NCBI GenBank assembly: GCA_038087875.1
Contig: JAXLNO010000061.1
Span: forward strand, 186,001 to 250,000
Reading direction: 5' to 3'
Source of the DNA: Malacoraja senta
Taxonomy: Eukaryota
Length of the DNA stretch: 64,000 nucleotides
The translations under genes were made by a program, and so were the position numbers. The notes under the pieces are model-generated. The model did no database searches and was not told the origin of the DNA. It worked only from the letters and a program-made list of their open reading frames with translations. Position 1 is the first letter of the stretch. The number at the start of each line of letters is the position of its first letter. Of the stretch, positions 1 through 35,029 are shown piece by piece.

Positions 1-833
1 GGGGCAGTGTTACCTGTGAGGAGGATGCTAGGAGGCTGCAAGGTGACTTGGATAGGCTGGGTGAGTGGGAAAATGCATGGCAGGTGCAGTATAATGTGGA
101 TAAATGTGAGGTTATCCACTTTGGTGGCAAAAACAGGAAAGTAGACTATTATCTGAATGGTGGCCGATTAGGAAAAGGGAAGATGCAACGAGACCTGGGT
201 GTCACGGTACACCAGTCATTGAAAGTAGGCATGCAGGTGCAGCAGGCAGTGAAGAAAGCGAATGATATGTTAGCATTCATAGCAAAAGGATTTGAGTATA
301 GGAGCAGGGAGGTTCTACTGCAGTTGTACAGGGTCTTGGTGAGACCACACCTGGAGTATTGCGTACAGTTTTGGTCTCCTAATCTGAGGAAAGACATTCT
401 GGCCATAGATGGAGTACAGAGAAGGTTCACCAGACTGATTCCTGGGATGTCAGGACTTTCATATAAAGAAAGACTGGATAGACTTGGCTTGTACTCGCTA
501 GAATTTAGAAGATTGAGGGGGGATCTTATAGAAACTTACAAAATTCTTAAGGGGTTGGACGGGCTAGATGCAGGAAGATTGTTCCCGATGTTGGGGAAGT
601 CCAGGACAAGGGGTCACAGCTTAAGGATAAAGGGGAAATCTTTTAGGACCGAGATGAGATAAACATTTTTCACACAGAGAGTGATGAATCTCTGGAATTC
701 TCTGCCGCAGAAGGTAGTTGAGGCCAGTTCATTGGCTATATTTAAGAGGGAGTTAGATGTGGCCCTTGTGGCGAAAGGTATCAGGGGGTATGGAGAGAAG
801 GCAGGTACAGGATACTGAGTTGGATGATCAGCC
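1..833 (+). mobile_element. CR1 LINE, 3' part of ORF2 and 3' UTR
   Basis: WQVQYNVDKCEVIHFG...RPHLEYCVQFWSP...RRLRGDLIETYK; runs into the gap. Confidence 0.93.
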
Positions 834-1033
834 NNNNNNNNNNNNNNNNNNNNNNNNNNNNNNNNNNNNNNNNNNNNNNNNNNNNNNNNNNNNNNNNNNN
901 NNNNNNNNNNNNNNNNNNNNNNNNNNNNNNNNNNNNNNNNNNNNNNNNNNNNNNNNNNNNNNNNNNNNNNNNNNNNNNNNNNNNNNNNNNNNNNNNNNNN
1001 NNNNNNNNNNNNNNNNNNNNNNNNNNNNNNNNN
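834..1033. other. Assembly gap (200 N)
   Basis: Run of 200 N. Confidence 1.
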
Positions 1034-2430
1034 CTCCGATTTCTGGATTCTCTCCCCATTTAGAAAACAGTCTATGACTTTATTCCTACTACCACAATGC
1101 ATGACTCCACACTTTGCTACACTATATTCCATCTGCCACTTCTCTGCCCACTCTCCAAGTCCTTCTGCAGAGTCCCTGCTTTCTCTACACTACCTGCCCT
1201 TCCACATATTTTCATATCATCCGCAAACTTGGTCACAAAGCCTTCAATGCCCTCGTCCAAATCATTAATATACAACGTGAAGAGTAGCGGCCCCAGCACC
1301 GAGCCCTGCAGAACTCCACTAGTCACTGGCAGCCAAGCAGAGAAAGCCCCCTTTATTGCCATCTTCTGCCATCCAGCCAACCTGCTATCCATGCTAGTAT
1401 CTGCCCTTTAATACTGTGGGCTGTCATACACCTTGGCAGCCTAACATGTGGCTTTCTGAAGTAAACAACATCTACTGAATCTCCTTTGTCTGTCCTCCTA
1501 TTTACTTCTTCAATGAATTCCAGTAAATTTGTCTAGCAAGACCTCTCCTTCACAAAGCCATGCTGAATTCTGCCTATTTTATCGTGAACTTCCAAGTACT
1601 CCGTAACCTCATCCTTTATAATGGATTCTAAAATCTTACCGGCCACCGAAGTCAGACTAACCGGCCTATAGTTCCCACTATTCTGCTTTGCTCCCTCCTT
1701 GTGCAGCGGGGCAATATTGGCAGTTTTCCCATCATTGGACTACTAACTCAAGTGACTTTTGAAATATCAATGCCTCCACAATCTCTAAAGCCACGTTTAG
1801 GGTGGTCTCTCCAGTCCAGGTGACTTATCCACCTTCAGCCCTTTCAGTTTCCCAAGCACTTTCTCCCTACTAATAACCACTAACTTCCACCCCTGACTCT
1901 CTTGAATTTCAGGCATGTTGCTGGTGTCTTCCACTGTGAAAACTGATGCTAAAAAGTTATTCAGCTCCTCTGCCATTTCTTTATTTCCCATTATCACATA
2001 TCCTGCATCATTCTCCAGCGGTCTAACGTCCACTCTTGCCTCTTTCTTACTCTTTATATAACTGAAGAAATTCTTGCTATCTTCTTTTATATTATTGGCT
2101 GGTTTACCTTCATACTTCATCTTTTCTCCCCATATTGCCTTTTAAAGTTACCTCCTGTCATTCTTTAAAAGCTTCCCAATCCTCTGGCTTTCCACTAATC
2201 TTTGCCATGTTATACGCATTCTCTTTTAGTTTTATATTGTTCTTGACTTCCCTTGTCATCCACAGTCGACTCTTTCTCCCCCTAGAATCTTTCTACTTCT
2301 TTGGAATGATAAGATCCCAGAAATTCCTGCCATTGCTGTTCCACCATCATCCCAGTTAGTGTCCCTTACCAGTCAACTTTGGCTAGCTCCTCCCTCATGC
2401 CTCTGTAGTCCCCTTTGCCCAGCTGCAATA
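1034..2430 (-). mobile_element. Degraded CR1 LINE
   Basis: Fragments [28 protein letters not shown] and KSPG. Confidence 0.88.
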
Positions 2431-2877
2431 CTGACATGAGGAGGGATTTCTTTAGCTAGAGGGTGGTGAATCTGTGGAATTCATTGCCACAGACAGCTGT
2501 GGACCAAGTCATTGGGTATGTTTCAACCAGAGATTGATAGGTTCTTAAAAGGTTATGGGGAGCAGGCAAGAGAATTGGGTTGAGAGGGAAAGAGAGATCA
2601 ACCATTTAGTAAACTTGATGGGGCCGAATGGCCTAATTCTTTCAATTACTTTTGAACATTTCCCAGAGCATTGTTCAACACACACCATCACACAAACCAA
2701 CCTCCTTTCCATCGACTCCATCTACACCACGCTGCCTTGGCAATGCCAGCAGCATAATCAAAGACCAGTCTCACCCCAGTCACTCCCTCTTCTCTCCTTT
2801 CCCATCAGGCAAGTGGTACAGAAGTGTGAAAACGCACACCTCCAGATTCAGAACAAGATTTCTTCCCACCGTCCCTG

Positions 2878-3178
2878 TAACACGGTGGCGTAGCGGTAAA
2901 GTTGCTGCTTACAGCGTCAAAGACCTCGCTTTGATCCTGACTACGGTTGCTGTCTGTACAGTTTGTACGTTCTCCCCATGACCTGCGAGGATTTTCTCCA
3001 GGTAGTTCCTGTTTCCTCCCACATTCCAAAGACGTCCAGTTTTGTAGGTTAATTGGCTTGGTATTTTTGTAAATTGTGCCAAGTATGTGTAGGATCGTGT
3101 TTGTGTGTGCGGGGATCGCTGGTCGACATGGACTCGGTGGGGCAATGGGGCCTGTTTCTGTGCTGTATCTCTAAACTA
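2878..3178 (+). mobile_element. tRNA-derived V-SINE (HE1-like)
   Basis: A-box-like GGTGGCGTAGCGG, B-box-like segment and V-domain-like TTTCCTCCCACATTCCAAAGAC. A reverse-strand copy lies at ~49810-50010. Confidence 0.75.
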
Positions 3179-3586
3179 AGTTTTTATCAAGTCACTAAAC
3201 CATCCAATCACCAACTACAGAGCGGCTCCTGACCTACCATCAACATCAGTGGAAACTCTTGGACTATCTTTACACTGGACTTTACATTGCACTAAAAGTT
3301 ATTCCCTTTATCTTGTACCTGTACACCGTGGACGGTTTGATTGGAATCATGTACAGTCTTTCCGCTGACAGTAAAGCTTTTCACTGTACCTCGGTACAGG
3401 TGACAATTAACTCAACTGAACTTGTTGTGATTGTCTTTAAAGCAACAATGTAAACTTGCAATGCTGTCAGTGGGCAGTGGTCCTAGACTGGGGTACTTTA
3501 GACAACGGAGCATTTCACTCCTTCCTACCTCATCAACTCAAACTGAACAGCGACTGGATATTTGTTAGATCTTCCAAAGGGAAGAT

Positions 3587-3802
3587 TGTAGAGCCGTGCA
3601 TGTTCCTTTAACATGGTGTCTTCACTCTAGTTTATTGCATACATTGTATTCGTATACACACATATTGCCCTAGCTGTTCGTGGTCCGTTACCGGAGCTAG
3701 AGAGCGAGCTAGGGGTGGGAAGGTTACATTTATACTGAAGCTAATGGGGAGTGGTTAGTAGAAGTGAGGTCACCATGTTAAAGGAACATGCACGGCTCTA
3801 CA
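3587..3802. mobile_element. 216-bp MITE with TGT...ACA ends, 32-bp perfect TIR and 5-bp TSD
   Basis: TIR tgtagagccgtgcatgttcctttaacatggtg; TSD AAGAT at 3582-3586 and 3803-3807. Confidence 0.9.
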
Positions 3803-3817
3803 AAGATGACATCCTAA

Positions 3818-4227
3818 AGGGCCTGTCCCACCAGCATGCGATTGCATGCGTCTAGCGCGACCAAACGTGGTCGCTTGAGGCGTACGGCCTCGCGGGGCCA
3901 GTCCCACTTCGATCGGCGGAGTTGTGCGGGGCTGGTCCCGACATCGCGCGGGGCTCCAAAAATCTTGTATTGTCTGAAAATCCCGCGCGACAATCCCGCG
4001 CGTCTGCCATTGCCGACTTCCCCCTCCTGGCCCGCAGCCGCATTGAGGCTGTACGCAGCGCCTCGACGGGCGTACGCAACGTCTTGACGTCGTTGCGTGG
4101 CGTTGCGTGATGTCACCGCCCGACGTCCAAATTCAGTCGGCCCGCCTCCTGCCCAGCTGATTGGTGAGTATGATGTCGGGACCACCACGTTTGGTCGCGC
4201 TAGATGCATGCTGGTGGGACAGGCCCT
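3818..4227. mobile_element. PIF/Harbinger-type MITE
   Basis: TIR agggcctgtcccaccagcatgc; 3-bp TSD TAA at 3815-3817 and 4228-4230. Confidence 0.9.
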
Positions 4228-4933
4228 TAACGGGGAGAGCCGTGCGGCCAGGAGCAAGGACTGGTGGGCCGTGGCCTGTCGGGGACAGCCAGTAACCCTG
4301 GCTCTACTCACCCCCCAAGCACCGGAGAGGAGGGAGGAGGGAGGAGGGTGGAGGAGGAAGTCGGCGATGGCAGACGCGAGGAGCAAGGGCCAGTGAGAGA
4401 GTGAACCGGGGTGTTAACTTCTGCACCCTCAAGGTTGGAGGCAGGGCCGGCCTTAGAAGGTGCGGGGCCCAATTGGGAAAAATGTTCGTAGAAATATAAA
4501 TAAATAATTATAAAGGAGTCACGTGTCGTGAGTAACATGACAATTCGGGGGTAGTTCCTTTCACAGCGTGTGGGGAGTCTAGCCAGGGGTAAAGTTGCGA
4601 GGAGGGAAGGAGCATTGAGAAGGAGGGGGTCGGTGTTCATGCCAGTAACACTCACTCACCGCTGCCACGGCGCTCCGGGTGCCACCGCATTGTGACTGAG
4701 GAGAGAAGCAGCTCGCGTGGCAACGAGCGGCCTCCATCACCGGACAGCGGAACCGACTGCCATCTCGGCGCCTTCTGCCGGCCCGCTCACCTCTGGCAGT
4801 GCTCTCCGTCTGAACAGTGAGGGGACCAGCTCAAGAGCAAAGATCATAGAGCGGAGTGGTCAGTGGGTGATGGATAACAACACAGCTGGCGGTGGAGCTT
4901 ACTCTTATGTCAGCGCGAACAAGGGATCAATTG

Positions 4934-7187
4934 AGTATTGAGTAATGAGGAAGGGTTAGTTAGCAGACTTGTGCGTGCCCCCTTGGGCAAGAGTGACCAT
5001 AATATGGTTGAGTTCTTCATTAGGATGGAGAGTGACATTGTTAATTCAGAAACAACGGTTCTGAACTTAAAGAAAGGTAACTTTGAGGGTATGAGACGTG
5101 AATTGGCCAAGATTGACTGGCAATTAGTTCTAAAAGGGTTGACGGTGGATATGCAATGGAAGGCATTTAAAGACTGCATGGATGAACTACAAAAATTGTT
5201 CATCCCAGTTTGGCAAAAGAATAAATCAGGGAAGGTAGTGCATCCGTGGATAACAAGGGAAATCAAGGATAGTATCAAAGCAAAAGATGATGCGTACAAA
5301 TTAGCCAGAAAAAGCAGCATACCAGAGGACTGGGAGAAATTCAGAGACCCGCAGAGGAGGACAAAGGGCTTAATTAGGAAAGGGAAAATAGATTATGAAA
5401 GGAAACTGGCAGGGAACATAAAAACTGACTGCAAAAGTTTTTATAGATATGTGAAGAGAAAGAGATTAGTTAAAACAAATGTAGGTCCCTTGCAGTCAGA
5501 AACAGGTGAATTGATCATGGGGAACAAGGATATGGCGGACCAATTGAATAACTACTTTGGTTCCGTCTTCACTAAGGAAGACATAAATAATCTGCCGGAA
5601 ATAGCAGGGGGCCGCGGGTCAAAGGAGATGGAGGAACTGAGTGAAATCCAGGTTAGTCGGGAAGTGGTGTTGGGTAAATTGAATGGATTAAAGGCCAATA
5701 AATCACCAGGGCCAGATAGGCTGCATCCCAGAGTACTTAAGGAAGTAGCTCCAGAAATAGTGGATGCATTAGTGATAATTTTCAAAACTCTTTAGATTCT
5801 GGAGTAGTTCCTGAGGATTGGAGGGTAGCAAACGTAACCCCACTTTTTAAGAAGAGAGGGAGAGAGAAAACGGGGAATTACAGACCAGTTAGTGTAACAT
5901 CGGTAGTGGAGAAACTGCTAGAGTCAGTTATTAAAATGGGATAGCAGCACATTTGGAAAGTGGTGAAATCATTGGACAAAGTCAGCATGGATTTACGAAA
6001 GGTAAATCGTGTCTGACGAATCTTATAGAATTTTTCGAGGATGTAACTAGTAGAGTGGATAGGGGAGAACCAGTGGATGTGTTGTATCTGGACTTTCAGA
6101 AGGCTTTCGACAAGGTACCACATAAGAGATTAGGATACAAACTTAAATCACACGGTATTGGGGGTTCAGTATTGATGTGGATAGAGAACTGGCTGGCAAA
6201 CAGGAAGCAAAGAGTAGGAGTAAACGGGTCCTTTTCACAATGGCAGGCAGTGACTACTGGGGTACCGCAAGGCTCAGTGCTGGGACCCCAGCTATTTACA
6301 ATTTATATTAATGATCTGGACGAGGGAATTGAAAGCAACATCTCCAAGTTTGTAGATGACACTAAGCTGGGGGGCAGTGTTAGCTGTGAGGAGGATGCTA
6401 GGAGACTGCAAGGTGACTTGGATAGGCTGGGTGAGTGGGCAAATGTTTGGCAGATGCAGTATAATGTGGATAAATGTGAGGTTATCCACTTTGGTGGCAA
6501 AAACGGGAAGGCAGACTATTATCTAAATGGTGGCCGATTAGGAAATGGGGGGATGCAGCGAGACCTGGGTGTCATGGTACACCAGTCATTGAAAGTAGGC
6601 ATGCAGGTGCAGCAGGCAGTGAAGAAAGCGAATGGTATATTGGCCTTCATAGCAAGAGGATTTGAGTATAGGAGCAGGGAGTTTCTACTGCAGCTGTACA
6701 GGGTCTTGGTGAGACCACACCTGGAGTATTGCATACAGTTTTGGTCTCCAAATCTGAGGAAGGACATTATAGCCACAGAGGGAGTGCAGAGAAGGTTCAC
6801 CAGACTGATTCCTGGGATGTCAGGACTTCATATGAAGAAAGACTGGATAGACTTGGCTTATACTCGCTAGAATTTAGGAGATTGAGAGGGGATCTTATAG
6901 AAACGTACAAAATTCTTATGGGGTTGGACAGGCTAGATGCAGGAAGATTGTTCCCGATGTTGGGGAAGTCCAGGACAAGGGGTCACAGCTTAAGGATAAG
7001 GGGGAAATCCTTTAAGACCGAGATGAGGAAAAACTTTTTCACACAGAGAGTGGTGAATCTCTGGAACTCTCTGCCACAGATGGGATACTGAGTTGGATGA
7101 TCAGCCATGATCATATTGAATGGCGGTGCAGGCTCGAAGGGCCGAATGGCCTACTACTGCACCTATTTTCTATGTATCTATGTATCT
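4934..7187 (+). mobile_element. 5'-truncated CR1 LINE (ORF2 RT, frameshifted)
   Basis: ORFs 4938-5795 and 5953-6870 with QHGF, DFQKAFD and [10 protein letters not shown]; (TATGTATC)n tail. Confidence 0.95.
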
Positions 7188-8116
7188 AATTGAGGTTACT
7201 CGCACTGACATATGGAGTAAGCTCCACCGCCCGCTGTCCTGTTATCCATCGCCCGCTGACCTGCTCTTAAGCTGGATGATCCCCGGCCGACCCTCTCCTT
7301 CTCAACCCTCCTGCCATCCCCGCAACTTTACCCCTGGACAGACTACCCACACGCTGTGAAAGAAGCTCTCCCCTCTCCCCCCACCCCCCCCCCCAGCAGC
7401 GCTGTCCTTTTTCAGCCGCTTCCCACTCTACAGCCGCTTCCCATCAGCTGCTAGCAATGAGGGATAGACTTGGCTATACCTCAGTACAGCAACATCATTC
7501 TTGATGTTGCGGTACTGAGGGATAACGAAGTCTATCTTTCTTGGCTAACAACCTAACCTTCAGTCTCCAAGATGCAGGTATATTTTCCAGCAATGTTACA
7601 AAATTTTGATATTTTAAAAATCAAGTCTGCAATTTATCTAACTCTGAAATTGGAGATAGACAAAAGCTGGAGTAGCTCAGCAGGACAGGCAACACAGCGA
7701 CTCTGGAAAGAAGACCCTTCTTCAGACTGAACTGAACTCTCGTCGGTGAGAGTACTTGTGATTGTCTGAAGAAGGATCTCAACCAGAACAGCAACCCTCT
7801 CCCCAGAGCCCCTGCCCATCCCACTGAGCCACCACAGACAGGGAGTTGAAGGTAGACACAGGGGGGTCCATCTTCAACTTCAGAGCCAAACAAAAAACAC
7901 AGAGTGCTGGAGGAACTCAGCGGGCAAGGCAGCACCCGCGGAGGGAACATATCACTTATCAGGAGCCGCCACGGGCCAGGACTCTTTCCCCCCCCCCCCC
8001 CTCCCCCCAACAGAAAGGAACCGCAGATGCAGCCGTCACCACAAAACATCTAAGAAGGAACTGTAGATGCTGGAAAATCGAAGGTAGACAAAAATGCTGG
8101 AGAAACTCAGCGGGTG

Positions 8117-8855
8117 TGAAGCCCTGTCCCACTGCGAGTTCACCCAAGAGCTCTCCCGAGTTTTAAAAAAATCAAATCTCGTGGTAAACACGTAGAATGA
8201 ACGTAGCGGGTACAGAGAAGCATCCAGAGAACCTGCCTCCACCGCCCTCTGTGGCAGAGAATTCCACAGACTCACCACACTCTGTGAGAAAAAGTGTTTC
8301 CTCGTCTCCGTTCTAAATGGCTTACCCCTTATTCTTAAACTGGCCCCTGGTTCTGGACTCCCCCAACATCGGGAACATGTTTCCTGCCTTTAGCGTGTCC
8401 AAGCCCTTAACAAATCTTATATGTTTCAATGAGATCTCCTCTCATCCTTCTAAACTCCACAGTGTACAAGCCCAGCTGCTCCATTCTCTCAGCATATGAC
8501 AGTCCCGCCATCCCGGGAATTAACCTTGTAAACCTATGCTGCACTCCATGCAAGAATGTCCTTCCTGAAATTAGGGGACCAAAACTGCACACAATACTCC
8601 AGGTGCGGTCTCACTAGAACTCTGTACAACTGCAGAAGGACCTCTTTGCTCCTATATTCGATGCCTCCTGTTATAAAGGCCAACATGCCATTTCTTAGCG
8701 CTAACGGCAGGTACTCGGGAAACGTGGTAACTCGTGAAGATTTTCAACATGTTGAAAAATGTCCACATGTAAAATATACTCAGGATGTAAAAATGTGATA
8801 CTTTTTAACACGTAGTCATACCGTAGTAGCTCGTGAGTTTACCGTAGTGGGACCT
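8117..8855. mobile_element. Degenerate Harbinger-like MITE containing a minus-strand CR1 fragment (~8213-8690)
   Basis: ctgtcccact...agtgggac ends related to the 3818 and 33147 TIRs; internal CR1 3' ORF2 sequence. Confidence 0.55.
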
Positions 8856-10749
8856 GGTGTCCTATATCACTATTGTATGTTCATGATGGAAATAAGAATA
8901 CTCTGTATATTCATTACCTTTGAATTGTGGTTTTATGTAATCCTCCCATAATTTCTGAGTTCCATTTCACAATATGTATCAGACATACAGAATGTTGCAA
9001 GGTAATATCTTGCCCAAACTCAGTTGTATCTTTCTATCTCAATAAATATCACAAAATATGCCATTGTTTCAGCCACATTATGACAAAATATAGAATGTAG
9101 GTTATTTGTTATTAGTCACCCCCATCCTAGAAACAACAATACTTAAAGAAGAACATTTGTTTTACTAATTTACGAGCATGTACCATACAGAGTCCGTTGA
9201 TCCATAATCCAACAAACTATTGTGATAATTGCATAAAAGGTATTATTGTCTAAGAAATTTGGTGTGGAATGATAATCCATCTCAGTACTCATTTAGGCAA
9301 GTCCCAAGCTATAGATACTTCCCCCCCACCCCCTCAATCCCCCTCGCCCGATCTTCATTCAACCTACCATTTGACTGATCTTTTACTCAGCTGCTGTAAC
9401 GTTTCCTTCCTATCAAAATTTCTGTGTAGCATCTCTGTCCCTATCTTCCAATTCCCACTTTGAAATAAAATACAACTTTTTACTTTAAAATTTCGCAGCA
9501 GGATCGCTATATAAATGCAAATATATGGTATTTTATCCTAGCATTCCCCCCCCCCCCCCCCTTTACCACCTCACAAGAAGCGTAACTTGAAGTGTTTGCA
9601 TTTGGAGAAGTTTGATATGGATCAGGAATAAAAATTAATAGCTACGAATCGATTAACGGCGAGCTACGAGGTGAGATTGAAACACCTGTCAGAAGGCTAA
9701 GAAACAATCCTGAGTTGACGGCGTATTGTTTTAAGTGAGCATTTTGCAGCGACCTCACCATATTCTGGTTAAATATTCTTTCCACGGAAATCTCCTATTT
9801 CACTTTGAAATTATATTCATTTATAACCGTTTGTAACATCAGTAACCACCTTAATGTTCGTGCGTTTAGTAATGGGTATGCTTGAGTGAGTGCCGAGCCG
9901 AGACTCTGCTCCGTGAGCTGCTCGTATTGACAGTAATCGTATCCAACTCTTAACTGAAAACGAGTGGTTTGCAAACTGAAAATCCCCCTCTCTCTGGCTC
10001 TCCACTGCCCCCCCACCCCCCACACACACACAGACAGAGATACACCCAGACACACACGCAGATACACACACACAGCCACAGAAACACAGACACACACAGC
10101 CACAGAGACACACACAGAAACACAGAGATATACACAGACACAGAGTCACACACATACACAGACAGACAGACACACACAGACAGACAGACAGACACACACA
10201 CACACAGGGTTAAATCCAACCCGTACCCCGGCCCGGACATTAACCCTGACACCAATGTTATCACAGACTCAAACCTCCAACCAGGTCTGCTGTTGTACGG
10301 CACCGAACGAGTTAACACCCCCACCCCACCCCACCCCACCCCACCCCAGCACACTCACACACGACCCGTCAGTCCGCTCCCGGCGTTTAGCGTTGAATAC
10401 TCACGGATGAGTTCGCTGCGGTGCTGGGGCTTGCTGCCCTGTAGACTCTCCCCCCCCAACAGAGGCGGCAGCGAATGACATAATTTAACGCATTTACTGA
10501 GGAATGTGGATCGATGCATTGTATAACTACTTGCTAACTACTGGCTGTTAGCAAGTGTTACAGTAGGAGTTAACACATCGTTTGTTATCCATGTTCGTTT
10601 TGTAAAAATCCGTATGGGTTTTTTAAATCTTTATTTAACAGCGAATTTGTATTTCCATATGAAATACGTAAAATTAACGCGGGGCCCCTTGGGCGCGGGG
10701 CCCAATTTAGAAAAATCGGTCCAATCGGCCTAGGACCGGCCCTGGTTGG

Positions 10750-11060
10750 AGGGGAGGGGCGAGAGGGGAGGAGAGAGGAGGGGAGGGGAGAGGTGGGGAG
10801 GGGAGGGGAGGAGAGAGAGGGGAGAGGAGAGGAGGGGAGGGGAGGAGGGGAGGGGAGAGGAGGGGAGAGGAGAGGAGAGGGGAGGGGAGGGGAGGAGAGA
10901 GGAGAGGAGGAGAGGGAGGGGAGGGGAGGGGAGGGGAGGGGAGGAGATAGGATAGGAGGGGAGGGGAGGAGAGGGGAGAGGTGGGGAGGAGAGGGGAGAG
11001 GTGGGGAGGAGCGGGGAGAGGTGGGGAGGAGCGGGGAGAGGTGGGGAGGAGAGGGGAGGG
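10750..11060. repeat. GA-rich polypurine low-complexity tract (similar tracts at 13740-13945, 33900-34150, 34610-34780, 50490-51005, 57000-57255)
   Basis: Composition almost entirely G/A. Confidence 0.95.
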
Positions 11061-11300
11061 TAATGATGGGTCACTGGACAATCTGGACGGAGACAGCGAC
11101 TGGAGGCCGTATAGCAGCCTGGGGCTCGCCTGCATCAAGCACCGCTCCAGGAAACCGAGCGCACAGACCGGACTCGACTTAACTTTGAAAAATGCGCTGA
11201 AACCTGTCAGCCCAAACTTCAGGGACTATTTCCATGCACTTTATGGTAATCGGGGATTGTGCCTAGACTGTGCTGGTGATAATAAAGAGCCAGGTCTTAC

Positions 11301-34929
<23,629 letters not shown>

Positions 34930-35029
34930 CTGGGGAGAGGAGAGAGTCACCAGTGCATCTCTCTCACCCCCTCCGCACCATACACCCCCCCAGCCCGTCT
35001 CTGTGACACCCCCCCTCTCCCCATCTCAC

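Larger units (their letters stand above)
4442..10744. mobile_element. hAT-type element (non-autonomous, expanded by nested insertions)
   Basis: TIRs CAGGGCCGGCCTTAG / CTAGGACCGGCCCTG with subterminal gcggggcccaatt at both ends. Exact 8-bp TSD GTTGGAGG at 4434-4441 and 10745-10752. Confidence 0.85.

Noticed and set aside
614..1132. ORFs spanning N-runs (also 37845-38411)
   Set aside because: Open only because the gap bases are undefined.
3525..3815. Possible exon reconstructed after removing two MITEs (ends GAG|gtagga)
   Set aside because: No frame resembles integrin calf domains or any protein I recognise.
4290..4400. Minus-strand segment ending in a strong donor gtgagt
   Set aside because: No good acceptor; translations are low-complexity.
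9795..11182. Long ORFs rich in T/H, C/V or P/S/G/E
   Set aside because: Artefacts of (CA)n and GA-rich tracts.
11200..11262. Candidate next integrin exon (AQSPITIKCMEIVPEV..)
   Set aside because: It would need a 38-bp intron and lacks the expected C-x-I/V-x-HP-I-F motif.
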